Part shown: one piece after another, positions 1 to 15,478 of the stretch | Layout: every line of letters starts with the position of its first letter | Numbering within the stretch: the first letter of the stretch is position 1 | Assembly: GCA_951406725.2 (NCBI GenBank) | Contig: OX597821.1 | Location: 116,870,001-116,934,000, forward strand | Length of the DNA stretch: 64,000 nucleotides | DNA from: Octopus vulgaris | Taxonomy: Eukaryota | Direction: 5' to 3' | The notes under the pieces: model-generated | Databases searched by the model: none | The model's input: only the letters and a program-made list of their open reading frames with translations | What the model was told of the DNA's origin: nothing | Translations under genes and position numbers: made by a program

Positions 1-1815
1 GTATGTATGTATGTATGTATGTATGTATGTATGTGTGTATGTATGTATGTATGCATGCATGCATGTATGTGTGTATGTATGAATGTGTGTATGTAAGCTA
101 GCAGAATCGTTAGCACGTCCGGCAAAATACTTTATGGCATTCCTTCCGGCTCTTTCTTCCAACGAAGTCTGTTTTGCCTTTCGTTCTTTCAGGATGCAAC
201 GTATTGGCGCTCCGCTTGTCAGGGAATATTGAGATCTCGATCACTTATAAGTCATGGAGATCGAGTAATCAGCTTTATGGGTGCTAAGACCCCCCACCAA
301 AATATAAAAAGATGAATAAGTACGCGTTTGTGTTTGTGTTTTCATATATACGTGCATAAACATATACACATACATACATTCCTGCACCCTTGCACACACA
401 TACACACACGGGAATGCTGGTGAAGTCTGTGTCTGACATTTCCTCCTCACCTAAGGAAGTGTAATGAATGCTGTGCGATTACTTGTTTGCATTGCTAGAT
501 GGGTGGTCAGTAGAAGTGGCCTCTCCTACATTACTAATTCCGTAACAACATCTTTTCGTCGAAGCCTCCGGTTACTATAGAGCTTGCTGGTTGGGTAGAC
601 TGGGTTCATTAGCCTTGGTTGATAACCGGCGAAAGGAAAAACAATTCAGACTCCAGTCCCTCGCAGATGGGATTCGCTGGTTTCTACCTTCTGGTCACCT
701 GTCTAGAAAAAGAAAAATCTGATGTAAAATCAACGATCCAAGAACCCCACTATCCGCGTTCCAGATTGCTTGGTCATGGCAGATGAAGCTTGGGTACATA
801 GGACGGAGCCAATTCAGTACCCACTGCACTCCATCTAAAAAAAGTCCTTTATGCAGACCGGAGAACATGCCTATGTCTACGACCATCTTTTCACTCCATC
901 CACTGCCACAACTGAACATACCAATTAACAACCTCAGACTCCAGTTCCTTTTGACTTGGCCTACATCTCCAATTCTTCTAATAAGATTCATGATTTTTGC
1001 CTCGTACTTGTAAATTCAATCCAAAAATCAACTTCTGCTATCCGATCATGCAAGAGTTTAAATGGTATCCGAATCTGTGACAGTTACTTCGTGTACTGAA
1101 ATCGGTTCACCCATAATTAAATATCCCCAAGAAGTTAGCTAGACAGGGCCTGTAATTACGTCTGAGGGTATTTGTAAATTATAGAAACGTGAAAAGCAAA
1201 TCGATCAATATAATAAAAGTTAGTGTCTCTCAAAGATGAATAGATTAACTGATAATCCTTTAAGATTCTGCCTAACACCTGACATCAAACCAATAATTCA
1301 AATTTCCATGTCGTTGAATAAACATCGGTGTAAACATCAACTTTTATGTTCCTTTTGCTTTAAATTTTCTTTTGCAAGCAAATTATATTAATTCTCTTGC
1401 CTTTTCAAACGAGTAGAAGCAACATCAAATGATCTCTCACGGCACACGCTACCGTCTTAAAACTGGAAGGACACATCAGATAATGAGTCGTAGATATACT
1501 GTAACTGAGAAATGTTGGTGTGTTCTAGGATAGAACAGCTTTCGTCATAGAAGTACTTGATCAGATCTAAATCGGCCTAAACAGCAACGTCTTAATGATC
1601 TTAATAGTCATAGCGGTGCCTGTTATAATTCCATTCACATCTGAAGCGTTTTAGTGGAGAAGCAAAACTTAGCCAAAGTTTTGGTTTGCTAAACCCAGAT
1701 CCTATTAAATATTAGTGCTATGAACTAGAACTGACCAACTAGAATCGACTCCACGTTACTTCACTGGTGTGCCATCGTATTTGTATGTATGTATGTATGT
1801 ATGTATGTATGTATG

Positions 1816-1846
<31 letters not shown>

Positions 1847-2358
1847 GTATGTATGTATGTATGTATGTATGTATGTATGTATGTATGTATGTATGTATGT
1901 ATGTATGCATGTATGTATGTCATTATTCAGTTTATTTCGAGATTTCTTACTAATAGAGAAAGAACCAGCTTCTAACCAAGATCCAAGGCTCCTTCATTGG
2001 AATTTCAATATCAACAGCGGTATTTTTGTATGTATGTATGTGAATATGTATATATGTATGTACGTATGCAGATTTGTATGTGTGTGTATGTATGTGTATG
2101 TGTGTATGTATGTATCTGTGTGTATGTATGTATGTGTGTGTATGTGTATGTGTTTGTGTGTGTATGTGTATGTGCGTGTATGTGTGTGCGTGTGTATGTG
2201 TGTGTATATGTGTGAGTGTGTGTATGTATATATATATATGTATGTATGTATATATGTATGTAGCTCTACATCTTTGGATCTCTCTCTATCTGTTTCTCTC
2301 TATTTCTCTCCGTTTCCTTCTCACTTTCTATCTCTCTTTCTGTGGCTCTACATCTCTG

Positions 2359-2396
<38 letters not shown>

Positions 2397-4087
2397 ATTC
2401 TCTCTATCTCCCCCCCTTCCTCTGATATACAAATATTAACGTTAGTAAACAGAGTTTGACCTTGAACTTAATGTGAAGAATGTACAAATGAAAATGGCGT
2501 GAAACTAAAATTTTGTAGAAACAGAGCGGAACATGGGAAATATGGAAACTAATTCTATAGATCGATATTGATTCCAACTGCTTTAGTGACTGATTATAGT
2601 CGATAATTACCGAGACAGACTTCAAACAAATTTCATGCGCTATAAAAGGGAACTATAACGAGGAGAGGTAAGGCAAAAATAGAAACACGTCAGGTGTTTG
2701 AAAGAATTTTGTGAATGAAAGATTTATATAAATACAGATAGATATCCTTTGGCAGAATGCGCTTTTGTAGGTATGAATGATCACGTGACAAAGTAACTGA
2801 CAAAATTAGATTTACTAAACCAAAAGTAATTTCCTGTACAGTGATAAAAAAAAATTGCTGATTGCACAAGTTCAGTAGCGGATCTAAGGAGAGGCCATGG
2901 CGAGAGTGGGGCGGTGCTTTTACGGAGGCGGCATTTCTGGGTTTGTTGTATAAACTTGTGTAGGGGAGAGTGAGGGGAGGCGAAAGAGATAATTGAATAA
3001 CTGTAAACCTACTTTTGGGCCACCCTGTATTACATTCCATTTTTAAAGAAACGAGAGGGTGCTTTGAGGATGATTTAGCTGCTATTTCTAATAGGCAGAG
3101 TAACAACGTATAGGCTTCTCTATGGACACGAATAGGATGATGTTAAGTAGCCTGGTGGTGCGAGGGCCAGCGAGCTAAAAACAGAAATCGAGAGAAAGCT
3201 ATGCTAAAGATCATAAACTTGTTACAAGTTCACATATACTTGAGGTATATTCGAACCCGTAAGCATATTTGAACTGACAAGTCTGTATTGATACACATCA
3301 CTCCTTAGCGCTGTCACCCCCGTGTGTTAAATATTGTATAGTTGTTGGGGTTATTTTGAGATTCGATTTCAAATCCATCTGGAGCCAACTTTGCTTCTGG
3401 GGGTCAATAAAATGAAGTACCAGTTAAATAGTTGGGCCGATGTAAGTCGGCTGTTTCCTCTCCCAAAATCTGAGGCGTGTGTCTTATATCAGCAATCAAA
3501 AACAAACAACCATGTTAAAAGGTTTTGTCAGAACTACAAGAAATTTTTGGAGTCGTTTAGTCAAAAGGTTAAGCAATTTGCATGCCCCTTTGCAGGACTG
3601 CCGGTGCTGAACGGTATGGGCAAGGAAGTATTCTTTAGTCGGCTGACTCTGTTAAAGATGTCTGTGATCCAGATGGTGGTGTTGGACCGGGAAAGAAATT
3701 AAGTCTATCACCAACCCAAGCAGGCCGCAGTGGGATTTGAACTCAGAACGCAAAGAGCCAGAATAGATATCGGAAGACAGCCCAGCCGAAGCGTTACCAG
3801 TTTCACCAGTTTATCACGTAGATTGGTACTTTATTTATCGACCCCCTAGAAGGATGAAAGGTGAAGTTGGTCTCGTCGGGATTTGAGCCGAGAGTGCAAG
3901 ACATTAGAATAAATACCAGAACGTTCTAATGACTTTTCCAATTTGTTACTTTAATTGGGCAATCTCGAGAGAATAATTTTAAATTAAGAAAAACAATGCA
4001 ATAATGAAACGATAGATATTTGAAGGAAATGGTCAGGCATCGAAAAATACCTTAGGAATGAGAACCCAGGTCCGAAATATATATATA

Positions 4088-4244
4088 GGAATGGCTGTGT
4101 GGGAAGTAGCTTTCTTACCAACCACATGGTTCCGGATTCAGTCCTACTGCGTGGAACGTTGGGCAAATGTCTTCTACTATAGCCTCGAGCCGACCAAAGC
4201 CTTGTGAGTGAATTTGGTAGTCGGAAACTGAAAGAAGCCCGTCG

Positions 4245-4278
<34 letters not shown>

Positions 4279-4459
4279 TGTATGTATGTATGTATGACAG
4301 GTTTCCTCACAGTTTTCGTTTACCAAATTCGCTCACAAGGCAATGGTCTGCCTGCAGTTATAGTAGGAGACACTTGCGTTAGGTGTCACGTAGTTGGACT
4401 GAACTCGTGACCGTGTGGTTACAAAGCGGGCTTTTTAAACACACGGCCATGCCAGCGCC
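4088..4459. mobile_element. Inverted pair of family-B tRNA-derived SINE 5' halves around (TATG)n
   Basis: A + copy (ggaatggctgtgtgg..ggattcagtcc..ttgggcaaatgtcttctactatagcc..ggaaactgaaagaagcccgtcg) at 4088-4245 and a diverged - copy at ~4277-4459. Confidence 0.8.
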
Positions 4460-4716
4460 TATGTTTAAATTCGTTGAAAATTTAACTAAATCTAAATTTC
4501 TTTATAATAAATCTTTTGTTGCAGTATCTCGATATAATCTGGTCGGAATTTTGTTTTCATATCTAAGAATACACACTCAAAGACGGTGAACTGACAGAGT
4601 CGTTAGAATTCCGGTTTTCTTTATATTCTCCCACGAAAATTCCATGACAGGCACTTAGTCATCAAGAGGTCGTTCGTTGGCCTGGTGAATAGGAAGGCTA
4701 CATTCGTAGTCACGAA

Positions 4717-5082
<366 letters not shown>

Positions 5083-5584
5083 GTCGCCCGTTCGGATGCC
5101 TCTACTACTCAACACTACTCCGCTCTCTTCTCTCTTCGACGTCTAGACTTCTCCCTCTGTATCTACGTATTGGGCTAGTCTACTTCATCGTCCGGGGGCG
5201 TCCACACAACAGTATTCTATTCTATTTTTAATTATTTGAAGTCTTTCTGAAACGAAGGAGCTGGTTCCTAACAAAGACACAAGGCTCCATCTTTGGAAAT
5301 GTAGACAACAAAAAACAATGTCACATTTTGAACTTGAAAAATGTCCTTCATATTTTGATTGTTCTGCGTTCTGAGTGTATTTTTAAAGTGCTTATGTAAG
5401 TATGCATGTGTGTATGTATGTATGTATGTATGTATGTATGTATGCATGTATGTATGTACGTATGTATGCATGTGTATGTATGTATGTACGTATGCATGTG
5501 TATGTATGTATGTATGTAAGTGTTTTTTCCGCTTTTTAATATAGAGTTAATTTTGGCACACCTGCTTAGTAGTAATGTTACTCG

Positions 5585-5869
5585 CTTTTTACTCTTTTAC
5601 TCATTTGACTGCGGCCATGCTGAAGCACCACCTTTAGTCGAGCAAATCGACCCCAGGACTTATTCTTTGGAAGTCTAATACTTATATATATATATATATA
5701 TATATACGCAAATATGACGGGCTTCTTTCAGTTTCCGTCTACCAAATCCACTCACAAGGCTTTGGTCGGCCCGGGGCTATAGTAGAAGACACTTGCCCAA
5801 GGTGCCACGCAGGACCAGGACCATGTGATTGGTAAGTAAGCTACTTACCACACAGCCACTCCTGCACCT
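5585..5869 (-). mobile_element. Family-B SINE, internally deleted
   Basis: Reverse complement of both the 5' head and the 3' tail of the 7497-7915 copy, joined through (TA)n. Confidence 0.85.
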
Positions 5870-6417
5870 ATGTTGCGAATTTTGTTCATCAACCTTTAAA
5901 CCTTAAGATGGTCTTGCAGACTTTTTATTGCCCTGGTCATCTTTATCAGTTATGACATATGAATTAGGGATTTGCCTGCTTTTCTCCAAAACCCAAATTC
6001 AGCCATACATCGCTCCAGACAAGTTTGGCGTTACATGATCGCAACGATCTTTTAGCATCTGTTCTTGGGTTTTGGGAGTTTTACGAGAAAGTGTTCAGTC
6101 TTATTGAAATATCTATCGCCTTCCATTGCGCATTCCAAATATCCAGAGCTTGGCTACAGTGTCAAGCATCTCAACGTATCCAGCAGTATAAAGTCTAAGA
6201 CTTTGTGGAAAGCTGTAACGACAGGACCTTCGTTACTCACCATTCCTAAAAGTAACACACTTTCTGGACAATTAGCGTGCATTAATCTGCGGGAATCAGG
6301 AGCTACACACAACCATTTGTCTTTTCTCTAGTTAGGCTTATGTATGTATGTATGTATGTATATATATATATATTATCCCATGGTGGGTTGAATTTTCAAC
6401 CCCTATCTCATTTTATA

Positions 6418-6477
<60 letters not shown>

Positions 6478-6513
6478 ATGTCGTCATGTGTGTGTATATA
6501 TTTCTTTAATTAC

Positions 6514-7260
<747 letters not shown>

Positions 7261-7496
7261 TGTTTATATTTATACATATGGTTGTATATATTTATGTACG
7301 TATAGATCTATATTGTATGCATGTATACAAATGTATATATGCATACGTGTGTGTATACAAACACACACATACACAAATATATATACATGCATACATATAT
7401 ATGCATAGATATATGCATGTTTATATATGCTATTTATACATATCCATGTAAATATAGAAATACACAAATATTTCTAAATATGTATGCGTGTATATA

Positions 7497-7658
7497 GGCG
7501 TAGGAGTGGTTGTGTGGTAAGTAGCTTCCTTACCAACCACATGGTTCCGGTTTCAGTCCCTCTGCGTAGCACCTTGGGCAAGTGTCTTCTACTATAGCCT
7601 TGGGCCGACCAAAGCCTTGTGAGTGGATTTGGTAGACGGAAACTGAAAGAAGCTCGTC

Positions 7659-7694
<36 letters not shown>

Positions 7695-7915
7695 ATGCGT
7701 GTATGTTTGTGTGTCTGTTTGTCCCCCTAACATCGCTTGACAACCGATGCTGGTGTGTTTACGTCCCCGTAACCTAGCGGATCGGCAAAAGAGCCCGATA
7801 GAATAAGTACTGGGCTTACAAAGAATAAGTCCTGGGGTCGATTTGCTCGACTAAAGGCGGTGCTCCAGCATGGCCACAGTCAAATGACTGAAACTAGTAA
7901 AAAAGAGAAAAGAGT
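7497..7915 (+). mobile_element. Full-length family-B tRNA-derived SINE (CORE-like segment, internal (TG)n, 3' tail)
   Basis: A-box-like TGGTTGTGTGG and B-box-like GTTTCAGTCC, then accttgggcaagtg (resembles the CORE-SINE domain), an internal microsatellite, and the tail ..gtcctggggtcgatttgctcgactaaaggcggtgctccagcatggcc..; many copies in the window. Confidence 0.9.
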
Positions 7916-9034
7916 ACTCCTTTGTGTGTGTGTGTGTGTGTGTGTGTATGGTCTTGGTTGAAATTACCTGATCAGAAAAGAACCAAAGCATGCTATGTTC
8001 GTGAGTTTTTATCCTTGTTAAGCAGCCTCTTGACACAAAACAAACAGTTTTTTTGTGTCATTGAAGTCATGAGCTGGCTTCTCCTTAATACATACGACTT
8101 GTATTGTATATCTTTGTGCTCTACAGTTCGGATGATCCAACCCCATCCTGAAGTTCTTTGACAACGGTTCTCACTGATTTTCTGGTATTATTATTGATCA
8201 TGTTTTGAACCTGTTCAATAAACTATGATGTTCTTATAGAGTCTGAATGTTTAGGATGCTGGCAATTTCTAAATCAGAGAGCTCCACACATATAGCAACA
8301 ATGACTGCATGCGCAATATACATTATGGACAAGTGCACTTTGCTGCAGAATCTCAAAGAGAGATGACATCTGGAAATTGTTTCATTAGCAATAAATAAAT
8401 GGAGACACACACACACACACACATACTTATATACAACACTTATAATCACTTGTGCGCGCGTGTTTGAGTGTGTGTGTGTGTGAGTGTGTGTGAAAGTGCG
8501 TGTGTGTGAATGTGTGCGTATGCGTGTGTGTGAGTGTGCCTGTGCGCGTGTGACTGTGTGTGTGTGTAAGAGTGCGTGTGTAAGTGTATGAGTGTGTGTG
8601 TGTGTGTGCGCGTGTGTACGTGCGTGTTTTTGTGCGTGTGTGTGAGTGCGTGTGTGTGCATGTGTGTGTGAGAGTGTATGCATATGTGAGTGTGTGCGTG
8701 TGTGCGTGTGTGTGCATGCGGTGGAAATGCTTGCATATAAGTGCGTGCTTCGTGTTTCTCATGTTACTGCGAAAGCATTTTAAGTGTTCGACACCCTTTG
8801 ACTGCTGCTGCAGGACTCGCGAAATATTCCCATGCAGAGCAATTAATCTAACAGTTCTGCTAGATTAATTACCTCATATTTATACACACCACACACACGC
8901 ATACACACACGCACGCGTTCACACACACATACACACACGTGCACAAATTTACACATTGCGCACGTGGTTAATATATATGGGGGGGCGGTGATGTGGGACC
9001 GAGCTGGCAGAATCGTTAGCATGCTCACCATAAT

Positions 9035-9400
9035 CTTTTCTAATCTAGGCACAAACCCCGAAATTTGGAGAGAGGGGGCCAGTTTATTCGATCGACACCA
9101 GTAGGCAGCTGGTATTTAATTTTTCGACCCCGAAAGGATGAAAGGTAAAGTCGATCTCGAGTGAATTTAATTTCTTTACTACCCACAAGGGGCTAAACAC
9201 AGAGGGGATAAACAAGGACAGACAAACGGATTAAGTAGACTATTTCGACCCCAGTGTGTAACTGGTACTTATTTAATCGACCACGAAAGGATGAAAGGCA
9301 AAGTCGACCTCGGGTGAATTTGAACTCAGAACGTAGCGGCAGACGAAATACCACTAAGCATTTTGCTCAGCGTGCTAAAGTTTCTGTCAGCTCGCCGCCT
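9035..9400 (-). mobile_element. Family-A SINE dimer
   Basis: Two tandem cores (atcgaccccgaaaggatgaaaggcaaagtcgacctcgg..gaatttgaactcagaacg) with two different 3' tails. Confidence 0.85.
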
Positions 9401-9984
9401 TTGCTTGCCGTCCATAAGGCTTAGCGGCTTAGCGGCATTTCGTTCAAATTCCGCTGAGGTCGACCCCCACTTGCCAAATGTCAGTTCTTGTGTCTATTGT
9501 AAAGGATTATTATTATTATCAAAGATGGCGGCTGGCAGAATCTTTAAGCACGCCGAGCGAAATGCTCTGCGGCATTTCGTCCGTCTTCAACTTGTGAGTT
9601 CAAATTCCACTGAGGTCGACTTTGTCTTTCATCCTTTCGGGACCCATAAAATAAGTACCAGTTGGACACTGGGGTCAATGTAATCGACCTTCCTCCTCCC
9701 ACAAAATTGCTGGCCTTGTGCTTAAATTTGAAACTAATATATACGTGGTGGGTGATGATCTTTCATCTGCTTTCCTTTAACCCTAGGTTACCTTATTGAG
9801 TCGAAAAAGAAATGAAAGATAAATAATTAAAAAGGTATACACACTCATTCAAATATACACCAGGCCACAGAGGGTAATGTAACGTGTGGTTTTGGGACGC
9901 CCGGTGCGAGGACCAAATTGCCTATCCATTTCCTTAAATGTTAACACACATGTACACACATACGCTTACATATATTTTATTCTT

Positions 9985-10191
9985 TTATTCGTTTATTTGT
10001 TTCAGTCATTTGACTGCGGCCATACTGGAGCACCGCCTTTCGTAGAGCAAATTGACCCCAGGACTTATTCTTTGTAAGCCTATTACTTATTCTATCGGTT
10101 TATCTTGCCGAACCGCTAAGTGACGGGGACGTAAACACAACAGCATCGGTTGTCAAGCGATGTTGGGCGGACAAACACAGACACACGCACG

Positions 10192-10257
<66 letters not shown>

Positions 10258-10423
10258 CGACAGGCTTCTTTCAGTTTCCGTCTACCAAATCCACTCACAA
10301 GGCTTTGGTCGACTCGAGGCTATAGTAGAAGACGCTAGCCCAATGTGCCACACAGTGGGACTGAACTCGGAACCATGTGATTGGTCAGCACTCCTGCTGT
10401 CAGCACACAGCCACTCCTGCGCC
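9985..10423 (-). mobile_element. Full-length family-B SINE
   Basis: Reverse complement of 7497-7915 with internal (CA)n(TA)n. Confidence 0.9.
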
Positions 10424-11231
10424 TATATATATATAGAGAGAGAGAGAGGGGGGAGAGAGAGTGAGAGAGAGAGATTCGACGGCTTACACACAGTTTCCGT
10501 CTATCACGTTCACTCACGAGCCACTGCTCTGACCGTGATTTTAGTAGGAGAGACTTGCCCATGATACCGGGCAGCGGGATTGAGCTTTGAACCACTTGGT
10601 TGCGAATCGAACTTCTGAACTGTAGAGTTGAAATTCATAGAAAACACAAAAAGACGAAGACAGGTGTATGAACAACAAGCAAGTGTATTAGTTTGACGCT
10701 TGGGGAAATGATAAAGCTCTTCAACAACAACAAAAAAAGAGAAAAAGAAGATAAACAGAGAGAGAACGAAAAAACTTGTAGGTTTTAGCGGTCCAGCAAG
10801 TCTCTTAACTGTAGAGACTTGCATGGATTCCAAACAGCCTGATGGAATAGAGCACAAAATGAAAATGACCCATTTGTAGTTATGTGCGCGCACACACGCT
10901 CAAATACACACTTATATAGACACGGACCTTCAAATGCCAGCATGCGTAAGCGATAGAGGAACAGAGAACTCAGTACATGATATAGAGCTTATTGTTTATT
11001 CAAAATAAATTCTTTTTCTCGCGGCTCATGTTTCCTCATCTCCGCGACCTTTCTATATAAATACCATTTCTAGTTTTAGATTTCAGAAGAAATTTTGATT
11101 ACGAATCCGACTTCAAAAACGATTTAAAAAAAAAGGTGGGTGGATAGAACCCGGCGGGGTTTAAGCTCAGAATGTAAAGAACCAGAAGAAATTATGTTAA
11201 GCCTTTTGTCCGATGCCCTAACGACTGTGCT

Positions 11232-11271
<40 letters not shown>

Positions 11272-11478
11272 GGATGATGATGATGATGATAATATCTACT
11301 CTAGCCACAAGGCCTGAAATTTTGGGGAAGGGAACCTGTCGATTAGATGGACCCCAGTACGCAACTGGTACTTAATTTATCAACCCCAGAAAGATGAAAG
11401 GCAAAGTCGACCTTTCGGAACTTGAACTCAGAACGGAGCGACGGGCGATATACTGCGAAGCATTTTGTCCAGCGTGCT

Positions 11479-11515
<37 letters not shown>

Positions 11516-11612
11516 TAATAATAATAATAATAATATTATTATAATAATATTATTATAATAATAATAATATTATTATAATAATTATTATTATAATAATAAT
11601 AATAATAATAAT

Positions 11613-12222
11613 AATGACCACATCTCACTCCTCTGGAACTTCACCATTCAAACTGACAGGAAGATAGATGCAAATAGGCCAGACATCATATTGAAAAACT
11701 TCAAACAAAGAACATGCCTCCTCATTGATATGACTGTCCCAATCGATATAAACGTATCTGTCAAGACCTACCAAAAACTGAGCAAATATAAAGATCTTGA
11801 AATAGAAATCAGCAAAATGTGGAAGCTGAAGACTAAAACAATACCTGTTGTCATAGGTGCCCTGGGAATGATAGCAAAAGGGGCTGATAGCTACCTAACT
11901 CAGATACCAGGAAACCCAAAAATGGCAGAAGTTCAAAAGATAGTGCTCATGGGAACTGCTCATATCCTACGCAAAATACTCTCTATGTAATCTCGAGGTT
12001 TAAAACAAACATAATTTTCGGTTTAAAGAAAAAAAAAAAAAAAAAAATTACTTTTTTTTTTTTTTTCTTTTTAGACATTCATTAGTACAACATCCCCACC
12101 CCCCCAAATATATGGCACACAAGGCATAACAACAACATGAAATTCCAACCCAGTTGTCTCTTTAGGTCTCTGGGTGAGACTTGGAGCCAACTTGTACAAA
12201 TATAAAGCAAAAGTCAAACATA

Positions 12223-12223
<1 letters not shown>
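11613..12223 (+). mobile_element. 5'-truncated Dong/R4-clade non-LTR retrotransposon: restriction-like endonuclease C-terminus plus 3' UTR
   Basis: NDHISLLWNFTIQTDRKIDANRPDIILKNFKQRTCLLIDMTVPIDINVSVKTYQKLSKYKDLEIEISKMWKLKTKTIPVVIGALG..LMGTAHILRKILSM* shows the PD..D..K RLE signature. Flanked on both sides by (AAT)n, the known Dong target. Confidence 0.9.
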
Positions 12224-12265
<42 letters not shown>

Positions 12266-12266
<1 letters not shown>

Positions 12267-12723
12267 GGCTACAGCAAATATTCTGCTCAATACCACAGAT
12301 TTGCTTGTCAGTTGTTTGACCTTAACCAGTTGAGCATGTCCCTTAGTGGCTGACGATATGTGCATCTCTGATCACGAGCAGAAGTAGTGGGGGAGCATCA
12401 TAGCCATGTGTTGAGAAGGATTCTTTGGGGTTTGAATAATTCACCTCTGGAAACATGGGTGTTTCGTTCAACGTCCTTAAACAACCCTTATTCAGGGACC
12501 TTTTGAGCGGGATGGGTTACTCGATCTGAAGAAAATTCTAACTGGGCCCCACCTGCAAGGTCATGTGCTGTTTATCTTGATATGAGATCACCATGTCGCG
12601 CACATATGGTTGTGATGCATGTGCCTGGTGTACCCTTATCAGACGGGTAGTCATGATGGGTATATTGGGCTTCGTATATTTTACCCCAGTGTCACTTTGA
12701 TGGCATGAACTGCTCTCTCACAC
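12266..12723 (+). mobile_element. Probable 3' end (ORF terminus plus 3' UTR) of a second Dong/R4-like family
   Basis: Flanked by perfect (AAT)n on both sides; begins ATANILLNTT..*, which echoes the GTAHILR terminus of the neighbouring element. Confidence 0.55.
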
Positions 12724-12794
<71 letters not shown>

Positions 12795-12854
12795 CAACAA
12801 CAACCACACCAGCGTGCGTCACTACCATGGCTAAAACGATACCATCAATGCTAT

Positions 12855-13288
12855 TATTATTGGTTTCAAATCTTGGCACATGACCAGCAACTTCGGGGGA
12901 ACACTGGAGTCGATATAATCTACTCCAGTAATACTCCACTGGTATTTGTTTTATCAACCCCGAAAGAATGAAAGGCACAGTTAATTTCAACCCAATTTGA
13001 ACCCAGAACGTAAAGACGGACGAAGTGCCGCTAAGATTTTTGCCTGGTGTGCAAACGGTTCTTATTTCTTTACTACCCACAAGGGGCTAAACACAAAGTG
13101 GACAAACAAGGACAGACAAACGGATTAAGTCGGACGCCAGTGCGTAACTGGTATTTAATTTATCGACCCCGAAAGGATGAAAGGCAAAGTCGACCTCGGA
13201 GGAATTTGAACTCAGAACGTAACGGCAGACGAAATACCACCAAGCATTTCGCCCGGCGTGCTAACGGTTCTGCCAGCTTACTGCCTTC
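12855..13288 (-). mobile_element. Family-A SINE dimer
   Basis: A well-conserved unit at 13060-13288 joined to a diverged unit at 12855-13060. Confidence 0.85.
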
Positions 13289-13472
13289 ATCTCCATTGTT
13301 ATGAATACCACCCAAACAGTGCCATCATCCCCTCCATCTTTACTTCTATTTCCAAACTAGTCCATTAATATTTACTGTCAGTCTCTGCGCCGACCGTTTA
13401 AATGTCAGCGCTTCCTGTTCTGGTCGAATGTAAAAACCAAACAAAAATCATGTCCGTTCTCTCCTTTCAACT

Positions 13473-13542
<70 letters not shown>

Positions 13543-14414
13543 GCTCTCTCGCTCTCTCGCTCTCTCTCTCTCTCTCTGAAACTTTCGTTTACTATATGAA
13601 TACGTATGCGTGCGCACATGATTCTGTTTTCGAGTGTGTATGTATGTATGTATGTATGTATGTATGTACGTACGTACATATGTACTCATGTATGTGCGTG
13701 CATGCGCGCGTGTGTGAGTGTGTGTGAGTGTGTCTGAGTGTGCGTGTGTGGTTTCCTGTTATTTCGATTTAAACACAGTTAAATACATGCCAGGAGTAGG
13801 CCTACGCCGTGTTTCGCGAGTGTGTATGTCCATTGCGTACGATGCGAACACTTAGCGGCGGTTGACAGTTTCGTTAATCTGTGTCTATGTCTGAGGGGTG
13901 GTGGAGACGAAAGGGAGGCACAGAGATTAAGTGAGAGAGAGAGAGAGGGTAAATGAGAAAGAGAGAGAGAGAGACCGTGAGAAATATGTGTAATACTTAT
14001 TATAATGATTATCCGATGTCAGATGAACTTATAGCGTTGGCTTCCACCTCCAGCCCAGCTATTCACCACCCAATTAGGGTCCCTAAAATCTCAGGTGATA
14101 ATTTCGTGATTGTAGGAAACTAATCATCTCGTTTGCTTCCCAGTGGATTTGGGGACCAGCTAAAGTGGTACTGATTTGTTTCTGCTCTGAGGGGGAAATA
14201 ATTTGAGGAAATCATTGTTGAACAAACAGTGGGTAGATTCTTTCGGATTTTGAAATACGGGTGGATTAAGGCGGCGAACAGGCAGAATCTTTAGCTGGAC
14301 GAAATGCTTCGTGGTATTTCGTCTGCCGTTACGTTCTGAGTTCAACTTCCGCCGAGGTCGACATTGTCTTTCATCCTTCCGGGTCGATAAATTAATCACC
14401 GAATAATTTTGCGA

Positions 14415-14729
14415 AATTCCGATCTGACGACTCCCGATTATTTTCTTTTGGGATACCTTAAGGGGCGTGAATGCATCAATAACACCCAAACAATTCAACA
14501 ATTCATGACATCTGTACAAAAATACGAGAGTTGCAGCAAGAATTATTAACCATTCTTACGGAAAATGCTATCAAAAGAGCGTGTCTATGTGAATCTAAAA
14601 TGAAGGGCATTTACGTCATATAAATTTTCATAATTAGATAGGAATATATTTCCTATGTTTGAAAACTAGAAAAAAATGTGGAAATTATAATATTTTTAAA
14701 TTCTTAGGTGATTTGTTGGGCGCTCTGTA
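14415..14729 (+). pseudogene. rosa/DD41D-like mariner transposase C-terminal relic with right TIR
   Basis: SDLTTPDYFLLGYLKGR..N..QTIQQF..IRELQQELL..ENAIKRACLCES.NEGHLRHINF*. Ends gtgatttgttgggcgctctgTA, similar to the TIR of the 17955-18758 element. Confidence 0.75.
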
Positions 14730-15408
14730 TAACTGCGTACATCTCGTTGCCTGTCTGTGTTAGCATGTCGGTTGTATCTGCGTATATTATGCCATCGCCA
14801 CTCCTTTCCATTCATTTCACAAACACGAGCACCTTCCGATACAGACAAGCATTTCACTCTAATAACCATGTACCCAAACGCATACCCTATCTCCCACAAT
14901 AAAAACTACATCACCAACCAATCTACCAATCCACCTCGACACACCACTGAGTAACCATAAAAAGTCTTGAAAAATACTTAAGCCAAAAATCCTTCTTCTG
15001 TAACACATTAAACTCCGATTCCAGTCATAAGAATTTCTCATTCCCAGTAATAGCGATATTACCATTCTTGGGTATTATCATTCTTATTGGCGCCGGCATG
15101 ACTCTGTGGTTAAGAAGATCGCTTTGCAAGCAGATGCTTTCGGCTTCAGTCCCACTGCGCGGAACCTTGGGCAAAATGTCTTCTACTCTAGCACCAGGCC
15201 GACCTATTCTTTGTGAGTACATCTGGTAGGCGGAAACGGTGTAGAACTCCGAATGTGTAGGGAAAAAGAAAGATTAAATGTGTGTATTAAAAATGCTTTC
15301 TTCGCTCTTTGATTTAAATTTCAAGCATCCCAAACGGCCTCTATTCAACTTAATCGGGAAGCTATTGTCTTCTCCTTTATGATAGATACGAAAACACACA
15401 CACACATT

Positions 15409-15478
<70 letters not shown>

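Noticed and set aside
560-1130. ORFs 695-991 and 783-1013 as a gene
   Set aside because: No recognisable domain. There are only faint echoes of a decayed LINE terminus (RLLGH, KKVLY), too weak to call.
2995-3029. Mariner-like right TIR (..cttttgggccaccctgTA)
   Set aside because: No matching left TIR was located, so the element boundaries are unsupported.
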